Assembly (NCBI GenBank): GCA_965215635.1
Contig: CBDCEA010000004.1
Coordinates: forward strand, 731,157 to 795,156
DNA length: 64,000 nt
Reading direction: 5' to 3'
DNA from: Alphaproteobacteria bacterium
GTDB lineage: Bacteria; Pseudomonadota; Alphaproteobacteria; SP197
Shown here in pieces: positions 39,123 to 48,466 of the stretch. A model generated the notes under the pieces. That model searched no databases, was not told the origin of the DNA, and saw only the letters and a program-made list of their open reading frames with translations. The position numbers and the translations under genes are program-made. Position 1 is the stretch's first letter; each line of letters begins with the position of its first letter.

Positions 39123-40118
39123 TCACAGCGCTTCGAGGAACGTCATCAGCTCGTCAGATGGCTGATACCGGCCAGAGGCCACGCCGACCGGTTTTGTCTG
39201 GTCCATTGCTTTCTCCTTCAGCTGAAGATCGGCATGGAGGTAGATCTGCGTGGTTTCGATCGACTCGTGGCCGAGCCAGAGTGCGATCACCGCGCAATCG
39301 ACCCCCGATTGGAGCAACATCATGGCGGCGGTATGTCTGAGAACATGCGGTGTGACGCGCTTGTCCTTGAGTGACGGGCACACCTTGGTTGCGAGGGCGG
39401 CGTATTTCTGCACGATTCGTTCGACCGCATCCCGGCTGAGACGGCCACCACGGATGCTGGTGAACAGGGGATCACCGTCATTACCGGGACGCTCTGTCAG
39501 CCAGGAGCGTAGTGCATCGACGCTGTCCTTCCGCAGCGGGGTCGCTCGCTCCTTTCGTCCCTTGCCCATGCACCGGACATGGGCGCCGGTCCCGAGAACG
39601 ATGTCACCGCAGGACAGGTTGATCAGCTCGGAGACTCTGAGACCGGTTTGCAGCGCGACAACCAGCAGGGTCCTGTCACGCCGCCCGAACCATGTGCTGG
39701 TATCGGGTGCCGCCACCAGCGCAGCCATTTCTACCCGGTTGAGGTAAGTGACCGTCGTCCTCTCATACTTCTTGGCCGGAATGGAAAGGACCCGATGGCA
39801 GTGATGAACAAGCTGCGGTTCATGCGTCGCGACGTATTTGAAGAACGACCGGATGGCCGACAGCCTTGTGTTGCGGCTACGGACGCTGTTGCCGCGCACC
39901 GTCTCGACGAAGCTCAGGAATCGACCAACGAGGTTTGCGTCGAGATCCTCGAACTTCAGGTCCGTCGGCATGCGGTCAAGCTGGTCGGAAGCGTAGTTCA
40001 GCAGCAAGCGGAAGGTATCCCGATAGCTCGCGATCGTATGGGCGCTCGCCCGCAGACCTACCGTGAGATGGTCGGTGAAGAACCGCTGAAGGCAGATGGC
40101 AAACGGATTACGGTTCAT
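39123..40118 (-). CDS. ritC: tyrosine recombinase, third gene of the trio (RitC-like)
   Basis: The ATG at 40118 overlaps the ritB-like stop (ATGA). It has a SAM-like N-domain and a catalytic domain with the R...HxLRH...Y layout (PHVLRHTAAMMLLQSG ... TQIYLH). Confidence 0.8.
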   Translation of the reverse strand: MNRNPFAICLQRFFTDHLTVGLRASAHTIASYRDTFRLLLNYASDQLDRMPTDLKFEDLDANLVGRFLSFVETVRGNSVRSRNTRLSAIRSFFKYVATHEPQLVHHCHRVLSIPAKKYERTTVTYLNRVEMAALVAAPDTSTWFGRRDRTLLVVALQTGLRVSELINLSCGDIVLGTGAHVRCMGKGRKERATPLRKDSVDALRSWLTERPGNDGDPLFTSIRGGRLSRDAVERIVQKYAALATKVCPSLKDKRVTPHVLRHTAAMMLLQSGVDCAVIALWLGHESIETTQIYLHADLQLKEKAMDQTKPVGVASGRYQPSDELMTFLEAL

Positions 40119-41065
40119 GACGCACCTTCCGTGTCCGCCGCCCTTTCGGCGCGTGCACACGCAAGGCGCATCAGTTCCGGGACGGCCTCCATGTACCAGT
40201 AGGTGTGAGACGGGTGCTTGTGCCCGAGATAGGTCGTGAGCTTGATCATTTCCCGATTGGGATCGAGCCCCTGACGGTACCAGGCGGTGATGGTGCGGAC
40301 GGCCATTGAGTGGCGCAGATCATGAATGCGCGGACCGCGACCCCGTTTGCCAGTCGGGTCTGCGTCACGAATGCCAATGGCCATTCCAATCCGAGCGAAG
40401 ACCGCTTGAACATAGTTGTCGCTTGGGCGCCGACCCTGCTCGTTGAGGAAGAATGGTTGTGCCCCGCGGCCGAGAATCCGGTCGCGCACGGTGCGGTAGG
40501 CGTCCAGGCGCTCTGTGGTCGAGAGCGCGATCGGGAGCAAGCGGAACTCGCTATTCTTCGTTCGTGTGATTGTCAGCACCGCCTCGTCGAGGTCGACATC
40601 GGCCTCATCCAGCCCCAGTGCCTCCCCGAGCCGCAGCCCCGTGACCGCAATCAGTCCGAAGAGGGTCGAGAAGGTCCACGCGTTCAGCCCGCGCGGTGAG
40701 GGCAGCTGCGCCGCATGCTCCACGATGCGAGCGAGCTCTTCTTGCGTGTAAATGTAGGGGCGCGGGCGTCGATTGCCGCGTCGGATCAGGTCGGCCGATG
40801 GGACTTCAGTACGTGGGTCCACGCAGTGAAGCCATTTTGCGAAGCCACGCACATAACTCAGATTGCAGCCCCAGGTGACATCGCTCGGCGCCTCGAACTG
40901 TTTCCGCCATTCCAGGAACAACTCTGTGGTGACGGACTCGGCACCGAAGTCGTCGGCAAAGGCTGCAAAGCGACGTAATACAGCGGCCGTGGTTCCTATG
41001 CGGCGGTAGCCGAAGCGGCGACGGTGATCGAGATACTGCACAACGCGATTGCTCAGAGTGGTCAT
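40115..41065 (-). CDS. ritB: tyrosine recombinase, second gene of the trio (RitB-like)
   Basis: The ATG at 41065 overlaps the ritA-like stop (ATGA). Diagnostic blocks are GLRLGEALGL, IHDLRHSMAVRTI and HPSHTYWYM. Confidence 0.8.
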   Translation of the reverse strand: MTTLSNRVVQYLDHRRRFGYRRIGTTAAVLRRFAAFADDFGAESVTTELFLEWRKQFEAPSDVTWGCNLSYVRGFAKWLHCVDPRTEVPSADLIRRGNRRPRPYIYTQEELARIVEHAAQLPSPRGLNAWTFSTLFGLIAVTGLRLGEALGLDEADVDLDEAVLTITRTKNSEFRLLPIALSTTERLDAYRTVRDRILGRGAQPFFLNEQGRRPSDNYVQAVFARIGMAIGIRDADPTGKRGRGPRIHDLRHSMAVRTITAWYRQGLDPNREMIKLTTYLGHKHPSHTYWYMEAVPELMRLACARAERAADTEGAS

Positions 41066-42318
41066 GGCAGGTCTCCCCGCGGTACGGGCCACGCCGGTGC
41101 AATCGAGCGCAATGCATCCAGGTCATAGCGGGCGTAGACGAGCGTCGTCGCACGACGCCGATGGCGCAGCACATCGCCGATCTCGTCGAAGGACGCTCCT
41201 TGGCGCAGCATCGTCGTTGCCAAGGAGTGACGGAGCAGATGGACGCCGTGACGATGCTGCGGACCTCTGAGCCCGGTCGTCGCCAACGCATCGCCGAGCA
41301 CCTGAGAGACAATGGTTCCGGTCCTGAAAGGGCGCCACGGCGCCCGGGCGGTGACGAACAAGTGACGACAGGTCCCTTTCCTGCCGTGGCGGATGTAGTC
41401 GACGAGCGCTTCCCCGACGTCAACCGGAAGTGGCATGGGGTCGTGACGATTGCCCTTGCCCCGAATCAGGATCTCGCCGGCGCGCCAGCGAATATCCTCA
41501 AGGCGGATGGCGACCACTTCCTGCGCACGAAGACCCAGCCGGCCAGTCAGCAGCAGGATCGCGTAGTTGCGGCGAGCAAGAGCTGAATCGCCTCGAACAG
41601 CATCGAGCACACGCCGAACTTCGCCCGGTTCCAGATGCACCCGTGGAGTTGTCAGGTGGCGGCGCGCAGTGCGCGATACCGTCTCGACAAGAGCGACCGG
41701 AACCCTGCCGCTCCAGTGCAGAAACCGTAGGAGATTGCGCAGCCTGGATGCCTTGGTGCGCTCTGGATACGCCCAGCGATCGGTGCGCTTTGGCACGAGA
41801 AAGGCGACCAGGTCCTCCGGCGTTATGCGGTCGGGTTGAATCGCCTCATCCACGAACCGGAAACGCATGAAGGCGTTGAAGACCCGCAAGTTGTTCTTGA
41901 CCGTTTCGTCGCTCAGCCCACGCTGATGGCGAAGCCAATCTTCGTACGCTACGCGCAGATGTCGTAGGTCGTCCGATTCTGGTGCACCCTCAGGTACAGA
42001 CGGGTCGAGAATCCCGAGCTCACAGAGATATCTGACGAATCGTCTCGCGACGGTTTTCCACAGTGCCCGCGTCTTCGCAGCTGAACCCTTTGGTGCCAAA
42101 TCCCCCAAGGTAGCAGCCGCGGTCGCTTCCAGGCTCGCAATCTCAAGACCTCGGGCTGTGAGTTCCGAACACTGGGCCCGCACAAGGCGGCCATAAACGT
42201 CGATCGTTGCAGGTGAGTAGCCTTGTACGGCGAGGCTTTCCAGAAATCCGTCACGGCTTTGCTGGAGCCAGCCTCCAGCGTTCGTCCGAGCGGCGACATC
42301 GTTGATGTGCAGTTCCAT
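41062..42318 (-). CDS. ritA: tyrosine recombinase, first gene of the trio (RitA-like)
   Basis: ORF 41062..42339, with the internal ATG at 42318 (MELHINDV) preferred. Diagnostic blocks are GLRAQEVVAIRL, VHLLRHSLATTMLRQG and TLVYARY. Confidence 0.8.
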   Translation of the reverse strand: MELHINDVAARTNAGGWLQQSRDGFLESLAVQGYSPATIDVYGRLVRAQCSELTARGLEIASLEATAAATLGDLAPKGSAAKTRALWKTVARRFVRYLCELGILDPSVPEGAPESDDLRHLRVAYEDWLRHQRGLSDETVKNNLRVFNAFMRFRFVDEAIQPDRITPEDLVAFLVPKRTDRWAYPERTKASRLRNLLRFLHWSGRVPVALVETVSRTARRHLTTPRVHLEPGEVRRVLDAVRGDSALARRNYAILLLTGRLGLRAQEVVAIRLEDIRWRAGEILIRGKGNRHDPMPLPVDVGEALVDYIRHGRKGTCRHLFVTARAPWRPFRTGTIVSQVLGDALATTGLRGPQHRHGVHLLRHSLATTMLRQGASFDEIGDVLRHRRRATTLVYARYDLDALRSIAPAWPVPRGDLP

Positions 42319-42386
42319 TGGTCGTTCCTTTCCTCTCAAGGTGAAAGAAACGAGTGGTGATCAACGAACCGCCAATCGCAACCCGA

Positions 42387-44012
42387 TTATGCCGATATCG
42401 TGTTGTGGGAAGTCCGCCGCGTCACGGCGATCGGCGGTCCACGCGGCATAATCAGGATGTCGGCATTACGGATATGCTCGTGCTCGGGCAGAACCTCCTC
42501 GTCTGGCGTCCCGCTGGCCGGCGACGGGGCACCGAGCTGGTTCTTGACGAAGCCCGTGGTAAACCGCTCGGCTGCCAGTGCGGCCTTGCAGGCCGCCTCG
42601 ATCTGTGCCGGGCTGTGAAGGTCCACCATCCGCACAACCCCGCGCAGCGTCCGGTAGGCCTGTTCCGGAAAGTCGCGGCTGGCGCGGCAACGCGCAGCCC
42701 ATGCGGAGGTCATGGGTCCGACAGCCCGTAGCTGTCCCATCATCCAGGTCTCATAGTCCGGGCTGCGTTGCTGCTTCATCGCCGCGTGCTGTGAGGGCAT
42801 GTGCTCGGCGATGGTCTGATAGGTGCCGCGACCGAACCGGCGTGGGTGTCGCGCCACAACCTCGCCGGTGCCCTTCAGGCTGATCTCGATCATCTCCGCG
42901 CTGAACTTCAGGACCACGTCATGGCCGATCCACTGCTTCGGGACCGAGTACTGATTGTACTCGAGGATGATGTGGTAGTTCGGACCGACCTTGCGTTCGC
43001 TATACTCGACATAGCTCCAGGGCCGCTCCGGCAAGGGCTGCAGCGCCGGACCATCGGATGTGGCGAACCGCTCCCAGCGGCTGACGCCGCAGGCTTTCAT
43101 CTCCTCGGCATTGAGCTTGTCAACACGCGCCTTCAAGGCCGCATTGAGGGTGTGCATATCGAAGAAGGATTCGTTGCGCAGCCGGAGCAAAACCCGGCTC
43201 TGTACCACGCCGACAGAATTTTCCACGGCGCCCTTGTCCTGAGGCCGCATCGGCCGGGCAGGGAGCACTGCGATGCCATAACACCGGGCAAAGTCAGCAA
43301 AGGTTCTGTTGAGCACGGCATCGCCGTGTGACCACTTTGTCACCGCGCTGCGCAGGTTGTCGCAAATCAACCGCCTTGCGACACCGCCGTAATATTCGAA
43401 CGCGGCGCGATGCGCCGCGGTCCACGATGCCAGGGTCTGATCGGCCACCGCCATCGCGAAGATCAAGCCGGAACAAGGCAGCACGCAGACCAGGATCTCG
43501 ACCATCTCCTGCCCTTTACGGGTCTGCAACGGCAGCGTCTTGCCAGAGAAGTCCGACATCATCCAGACGCCTGCCTCATAGCTGAAGCGCATCTCCGGCT
43601 CTTGCCCGGGCCCCTTGAGATGCTCCTTCAGCCGTCCGAAGAAGTGGCTCCGTGAATACCCCTTCAGGCCCTGCGCCCTGGCCTCAGTATAATATTCTTC
43701 CCACAACACGTCCCTCGTCACCCGTGGCGCCCGATACCCCCGCCTGGTCTTCTGATCCATCAGCACCTGCGCCACAGCCGCCAGGTCCGGCTCCAGATAG
43801 TCCGCTTTGGCTGTCTCGACTGGCGGGTAGAGAAGCCCCCGAAGATCCTCCATGGCAACACCGTCCGGCAGCGGCCATGACACCCCCGCCGTCGCAGCGC
43901 GCGCCAGAATGTTCGACACCGTACCGGTGCTCACCCCGGTGATCGTCGAAATCTCTCTTTGGGTCAGTGTTCCGCCCTCGCTCAGGCGCAGGACATCACC
44001 TATCTTCAACAT
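42387..44012 (-). CDS. istA: IS21-family transposase IstA, native 3' end displaced by the RIT insertion
   Basis: The ATG at 44012 gives MLKIGDVLRLSEGGTLTQREIS (HTH), then the DDE region. After ...LPEHEH the ORF reads through the RIT inverted repeat (IRNADILIMPRGPP...) instead of the native IRGSSYYRSDEEDGS now at 38970-39013. Confidence 0.85.
   Translation of the reverse strand: MLKIGDVLRLSEGGTLTQREISTITGVSTGTVSNILARAATAGVSWPLPDGVAMEDLRGLLYPPVETAKADYLEPDLAAVAQVLMDQKTRRGYRAPRVTRDVLWEEYYTEARAQGLKGYSRSHFFGRLKEHLKGPGQEPEMRFSYEAGVWMMSDFSGKTLPLQTRKGQEMVEILVCVLPCSGLIFAMAVADQTLASWTAAHRAAFEYYGGVARRLICDNLRSAVTKWSHGDAVLNRTFADFARCYGIAVLPARPMRPQDKGAVENSVGVVQSRVLLRLRNESFFDMHTLNAALKARVDKLNAEEMKACGVSRWERFATSDGPALQPLPERPWSYVEYSERKVGPNYHIILEYNQYSVPKQWIGHDVVLKFSAEMIEISLKGTGEVVARHPRRFGRGTYQTIAEHMPSQHAAMKQQRSPDYETWMMGQLRAVGPMTSAWAARCRASRDFPEQAYRTLRGVVRMVDLHSPAQIEAACKAALAAERFTTGFVKNQLGAPSPASGTPDEEVLPEHEHIRNADILIMPRGPPIAVTRRTSHNTISA
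42433..42473. repeat. RIT terminal inverted repeat (istA-proximal end)
   Basis: GGCGGTCCACGCGGCATAATCAGGATGTCGGCATTACGGAT is the exact reverse complement of 39036-39076. Confidence 0.85.
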
Positions 44013-44343
44013 GTCGGTTCTCCCCATCTGAACATTCCTTCTTGCTGTGAGACAAAAAGGAACAGTGCAGGACCGGGCGGGAACCGACACCACCGGCCGC
44101 AGCGCAGCCGACCTCCGAGATCGGAAAGCCAACGGAAAGTTGTCAACAGGCTGCGTTCAGGCCGCTCGACAGACCGCGCAGATGCTCCAAACCGGCCGCA
44201 TCGCCACTCGAAACCCGCTCCGAATCGGGCAGGCCTATCCGCCTCCAGTCTCCGCCAGGCCAGGCGCTACAACCGCGGTCAAGTCCGTTGGATTCTTGCT
44301 CAAGTGCGATTGGACTCTTGCTCAAGTGCGACTGGATTTTGCA

Positions 44344-44610
44344 CCCACTCCTCGACCATCGGTAATAGTATCTCTGGACCGTGGAATACGCAGGAAAACA
44401 AGGCGGTAACGCACGCCACTGGCACCCCGTCCCAAGGATGTACTGGATCGCGTTGAAAACCTCTCGAAGATCCGTCTTCACAGGCCGACCCAGCCGCGAC
44501 AACGGCGGCAGATGCGGTTCAACCAGCGCCCATTCCGCATCCATCAAATCCGTTTCAAATCGAACCATCGGACGCCTATACTGCTCCTGAGTGGTCTCGT
44601 TCCAAACCAT
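44344..44610 (-). pseudogene. IS5-family transposase, N-terminal part
   Basis: The ATG at 44610 gives MVWNETTQEQYRRPMVRFETDLMDAEWALVEPHLPP...GCQWRALPPCFPAYSTVQRYYYRWSRSG, which is then cut by the IS21 end. Confidence 0.8.
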
Positions 44611-44719
44611 GGTACCCTCCAAGTATGGTTTTTCCGACTGACTTGGAATACCACATTTGGACGGACCACTCACTTATGGGTCAAACTCTTAGGCGACTGA
44701 TTCGCTGAGGAGAACCGAT

Positions 44720-45613
44720 ATGGCTGTGGCAATTACGCGAACCGAGCTCTCGGGACAGGAGTTGCGCTCGGAAGCGCGGCGGACGAAGGACACCTATCAG
44801 GCGCGTCGCCTGTTGGCGCCGGCCCTGGTGCTCGACGGGGCGTCGCGGGCGGCGGCGGCGCGGGCCGCCGGCATGGACCGTCAGACCCTGCGGGACTGGG
44901 TGCACCGCTACAACGCGGAGGGGGTCGAGGGTCTTTGCGACCGTGCCCGCCCGGGCCGGCCACCTCGACTGTCGGGGGTTCAGCTGGCCGAGCTGGCGCG
45001 TCTGGTCGAGGCCGGCCCCGATGCGGCGCGCCATGGGGTGGTGCGCTGGCGCTGCGTCGACCTTCGGGCGGAGATCAAGCTGCGCTTCGAGGTCGAGATC
45101 AGCGAGCGTCATGTCGGACGGCTCTTGAAGCGGCTCGGCTTCACCCGCCTGTCGGTGCGTCCGCGCCATCCGCGAGCCGACCAGGCGGCACAGCAGGCGT
45201 TTAAAAAAACTTCGCCGAGATCGTCAGGCAGGCCCTGCCTGCGGCGGCCCGCCACAAGCCCCTGGAGATCTGGTTCCAGGACGAGGCCAGGATCGGCCAG
45301 AAAGGCACGCTGACCCGCATCTGGGCCCGCCTCGGCTCGCGCCCGCCGGGCCCGCGCGACAGCCGCTACGAATGGACCTACATCTTCGCCGCCGTCTGCC
45401 CCGAGCGGGCCACCGGCGCCGCCCTGGTGATGCCCTATGCCAACACCGAGGCGATGAACCTGCATCTCCAGGAGATCAGCCGCACCGTCGCCCTCGGCGC
45501 CCATGCCGCGCTCGGCTTCGACGGCGCCGGCTGGCACACCAGCCCAGCGCTCGAGCTGCCGCAGAACATCACCCCCGTCTGCCTGCCGTCCTATGCGCCC
45601 GAGCTGAACCCGA
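44720..45613 (+). pseudogene. IS630-family transposase, two-frame (A7 slippery run), truncated after ...YAPELNP
   Basis: ORF 44720..45313 has the HTH domains. The -1 frame from A7 (45203-45209) continues NFAEIV...LEIWFQDEARIGQKG...LGFDGAGWH...LPSYAPELNP. It stops abruptly at 45613-45616, where the intron begins. Confidence 0.75.
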
Positions 45614-45673
45614 GGCATTGCTGCGCCCCGCCCCCCACAGAGCCGAGCGTGCGCGATTGACGCACTCGGTTCC

Positions 45674-46351
45674 TCACCTGACAGGTTCGCTCACGACGGG
45701 TGTCGATGAGCGCACGAACTGGACCGACGGCAGGGGGTAGCGCTTGAGGATTGTGTTCATCCGGTCCCAGTTCAGGCACCGGCGGCGGCTGCGGCGTAAG
45801 AGCCACTTCCGCCAGGTGCGAGCGACCTGGTAGCGGAACCACTCCAGACGTTTGCCGTTGCCCGTCAGACCATAGTAGGCGTTGTGGCCCCGGACCACCC
45901 GAACAAGGTAGTCATGCTGCGCCTTGATCGGCAGATGCCGGTGGCTCTTGCACCAGTCGTGTACCGATTTCAGCGCGCGGGCGAAGCGGCCTTTCGCCGT
46001 AATCTGGCGAACGACGTCCTTGCCTCGCAGCGACCGCCCCCAGACGTGGGTGAAGCCGAGGAAGTCGAACGTCGTGGCCGATGCCATCCGGTGACGCCCG
46101 TAGGGGCGCCTCCGGCGGAAGTCCACATAGCGCGTCTTGGTCTCATGGAGCGTGAGCCCGTATCGACCGAGACGTTTGCCCAGCACGTCAAGCAGACGCT
46201 TGCCGCTGTGGCGGTCTTCGAAGGCAACAACAAAGTCATCAGCGAATCTCACCAGCTGGCAGTTGCCGCGCAAGCGCGGCCTCGCCTCGTCCTCGAACCA
46301 CTTGTCCAGCACATGGTGCAGGAAGATGTTGGAGAGAATCGGCGAGATCAC
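45674..46351 (-). pseudogene. group II intron RT/maturase, C-terminal part (from ...SPILSNIFL)
   Basis: It matches the tail of ORF 4218..5126 exactly. The upstream part of ORF 45674..46552 is read-through from the inserted element. Confidence 0.85.
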
Positions 46352-48002
46352 TCCCCGAACGCAATAGATAGTTTCCCGCTTTGTTCCTGCCGCTGTCAAG
46401 TCCGGATCCGTTTTGTCCGTTCTTTTGCGGTGTCTTCGGGATCGGGATCGAGTGACGGATTGTGATTGCATCGTCGTCCACCAGGACGTCCTTGACGAGC
46501 AGCCTGACAATCCGTTGGCGTTCCGCGACATCCATGGTTTCGGCGCTCTCACGCAACAGGGCGAGGAAGCTTGTCAAAGTCTCGGTGAGTTTCAGCCAGA
46601 CTTCCTTTTCTCGCGCCTGATCGATGACGGACTGCCATTCGGCATCGACAGCCTTTTCCTGTCTTCGCAACGCGGGCATTCTCGCGCGCAGCTCATCGAT
46701 TGTGATCAAGTCTTCCTGATAGACCTGAAGCAGACGATCGATCGCCTTGCGGATACGGGCCAGGTTTCGGTCGAGTTCCTGTTCGCGCCGTTGGGTCGGG
46801 TCGCTCCGGCGTGCTGTTTCAAGGCGTCTTGCGATCTCGACTTCGATCAAGGCGGGATCCTCAAGCAGGCGGATGACTTCGGTCCAGACGACCTCATCGA
46901 GCAGATCCTGGCGCACCGGACGGTTGTCGCACACCGGTCCATTGAAGTGGCGCCAGGCGTCGGACCCCAGACAACGCAGGTAAAAGATCTTGCGGGTGCT
47001 CGTTCTGGTTGATGTGCGATAATATGCATAGCCACATTTGCTGCACGACACCAGGCCCTGCAGGAGGCTTGGTGTCCTGGTATGGCGTTTGGACCATAGC
47101 TTGTTCTGTGCCAGTTTCTCCTCGGCAAGAGCGAAAGTCGTTTCGCTGATGATGGATGGCACCGGGATCTCGATCCACTCCTCCCGGGGCCGCTCATGAT
47201 TGGCACTGTTGCGCTTCGCGATCCCGCCGCGCTGACGTATCGGTCGCGTCACGCGCTGGCGCGGCGCCGTTCGTGTCTTGCCATAAGAGGCTTTCCCCTT
47301 ATAGGCCGGATTGCGCAGGATCGCCCACACCACGGAGCGCTCCCAGCGTGCCCCTCCCTTGCGTGTCGGCACAGCCCGTTCGTTCAACGTGTGGACAATG
47401 GCACCGATGCTCATGTGATCGACGGTATGGTATCTGTAGATATCGCGGACCACCGACGCCTGAGGTTCAATGACTTCGTACCAGGCGTCACTTTCGGCTG
47501 TCTTCTTGTGGTACCGGTAGCCATAGGGCGCCCCTGAAAGGATGCTGACCTCGCCGCGAAGCGCCCGATGGCGCTTGCCACGCCTGGACCGCTCAAGGAT
47601 CTGTGCTCTCTCATATTCTGCAATCATGCCCTGAAACTGCACGACAAGCCGGTCTTCGGGCGTGTCCTGCGACGGTGCCTTGATGAAACGGCATTCAACA
47701 CCGTTGCGCGCAAGTTCCTCAATGATAAGAACCTGATAGGCATATTTTCGGCTGAGACGGTCCGGTGAATGGACCAGAACCGCTTCGATCGACCCTTCAG
47801 CCGCAAGATCGCGGATCCGCTCGAGGCCTGGACGCTCCAGTATGGCACCGGGAAAGCCATCATCCTCGATGACCATGTCTTCGGCGACCCGAAAGCCGTT
47901 GCTCTGCGCGAAGTCGGTCAGCGCCGCGGTCTGGCTGGCAATCGTGTTGCTCTCCCTTTGCTGGTCTCCCGATACCCGGGCGTAGATGGCCGCTATCTTC
48001 AT
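46239..48002 (-). CDS. large serine recombinase
   Basis: The 587-aa ORF starts MKIAAIYARVSGDQQ (catalytic Ser), then DRLSRK, a recombinase domain, a zinc-ribbon-like CSKCGYAYY...CLGSDAWRHFNGPVCDN, and a coiled-coil. There is no stop inside the element, and the last ~36 codons come from intron DNA. Confidence 0.9.
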   Translation of the reverse strand: MKIAAIYARVSGDQQRESNTIASQTAALTDFAQSNGFRVAEDMVIEDDGFPGAILERPGLERIRDLAAEGSIEAVLVHSPDRLSRKYAYQVLIIEELARNGVECRFIKAPSQDTPEDRLVVQFQGMIAEYERAQILERSRRGKRHRALRGEVSILSGAPYGYRYHKKTAESDAWYEVIEPQASVVRDIYRYHTVDHMSIGAIVHTLNERAVPTRKGGARWERSVVWAILRNPAYKGKASYGKTRTAPRQRVTRPIRQRGGIAKRNSANHERPREEWIEIPVPSIISETTFALAEEKLAQNKLWSKRHTRTPSLLQGLVSCSKCGYAYYRTSTRTSTRKIFYLRCLGSDAWRHFNGPVCDNRPVRQDLLDEVVWTEVIRLLEDPALIEVEIARRLETARRSDPTQRREQELDRNLARIRKAIDRLLQVYQEDLITIDELRARMPALRRQEKAVDAEWQSVIDQAREKEVWLKLTETLTSFLALLRESAETMDVAERQRIVRLLVKDVLVDDDAITIRHSIPIPKTPQKNGQNGSGLDSGRNKAGNYLLRSGSDLADSLQHLPAPCAGQVVRGRGEAALARQLPAGEIR

Positions 48003-48136
48003 CGTGTTCTCCGGTTTTCAGGGCCGTGGTCCTGCAGGCATGATCGGGCGACAGGAGCGCATAGGCCTGCACGAGCTTGTCAAAGCCGAGACGGTCGAAA
48101 ATGCTTTCAAGGTGGATGTCGCGCCGCGCTCCGCGA

Positions 48137-48466
48137 TCAGCCATGTCGACGCGTGCCCCGCAAGAACGCCGCCAGAGCGCGCGACACGATCGTGCCCATC
48201 GAAAGGCCGCTGCTCGTAGCGTGGGCACGCAACGCATCGACCACGCTGCGTGGAAGCTTGAGGGTGACCGCGACCGGTGTTTCCGGCACCTCCGCCGGCG
48301 CGCTGATCGCCTGGGCTTCGCGGACGTAGCGATAGGCTTGACGTTGCGACAGATCGCACTGTTTCGATAATCTTTCGACAGCTTCGGTGCCCGTGCATCC
48401 CTCGCTCAGCATCCTGTAGGCCGTATTGAGCAGTTGCGCTCTGCGCATGTGTGTCGATCGCGCCAT
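48137..48466 (-). CDS. small DNA-binding protein (N-terminal HTH-like, C-terminal ribbon-helix-helix-like)
   Basis: The 109-aa ORF has ...TGTEAVERLSKQCDLSQRQAYRYVREAQ then VAVTLKLPRSVVDALRAHATSSGLSMGTIVSRALAAFL (RHH pattern). Its stop overlaps an ATG (ATGGCTGA) of a further short ORF that leads into the recombinase start. Confidence 0.6.
   Translation of the reverse strand: MARSTHMRRAQLLNTAYRMLSEGCTGTEAVERLSKQCDLSQRQAYRYVREAQAISAPAEVPETPVAVTLKLPRSVVDALRAHATSSGLSMGTIVSRALAAFLRGTRRHG

Larger units (their letters stand above)
39014..42473 (-). mobile_element. RIT (recombinase-in-trio) element: three overlapping tyrosine recombinase genes between long inverted repeats
   Basis: Perfect 41-bp terminal inverted repeats (39036-39076 and 42433-42473) enclose three tandem, ATGA-overlapping phage-integrase-family ORFs. 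Removing 39014-42473 restores the istA 3' end ...EHEHIRGSSYYRSDEEDGS-stop. Confidence 0.85.
37260..44343 (-). mobile_element. IS21-family element (istA-istB) carrying a RIT insertion and an extra 0.85-kb segment
   Basis: The ends are TGCGGAATCC... (37260) and ...GGATTTTGCA (44343), each with three ATCC-N5/6-ACTTGA(G/C)CAAGA repeats in inverted orientation. An exact 6-bp target duplication CCCACT lies at 37254-37259 and 44344-44349. Confidence 0.85.
36644..44688 (-). mobile_element. IS5-family element (IS1031/IS427-like, about 0.95 kb when reassembled), split by the IS21 insertion
   Basis: The terminal inverted repeats are GAGTACGACTCATAAGT (36644-) and the reverse complement of ACTTATGGGTCAAACTC (..44688). 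They are flanked by the 3-bp direct repeat TTA (36641-36643 and 44689-44691). Confidence 0.75.

Noticed and set aside
47860-48237. A 125-aa ORF overlapping the serine recombinase start, containing MADRGARRDIHLESIFDRLGFDKLVQAYALLSP from the ATG at 48144.
   Set aside because: Only the first ~47 codons lie upstream of the recombinase ATG. The rest overlaps the conserved recombinase N-terminus in another frame. A short coupled leader ORF is possible (ATGGCTGA overlap with the preceding stop), but I cannot support it as a gene.
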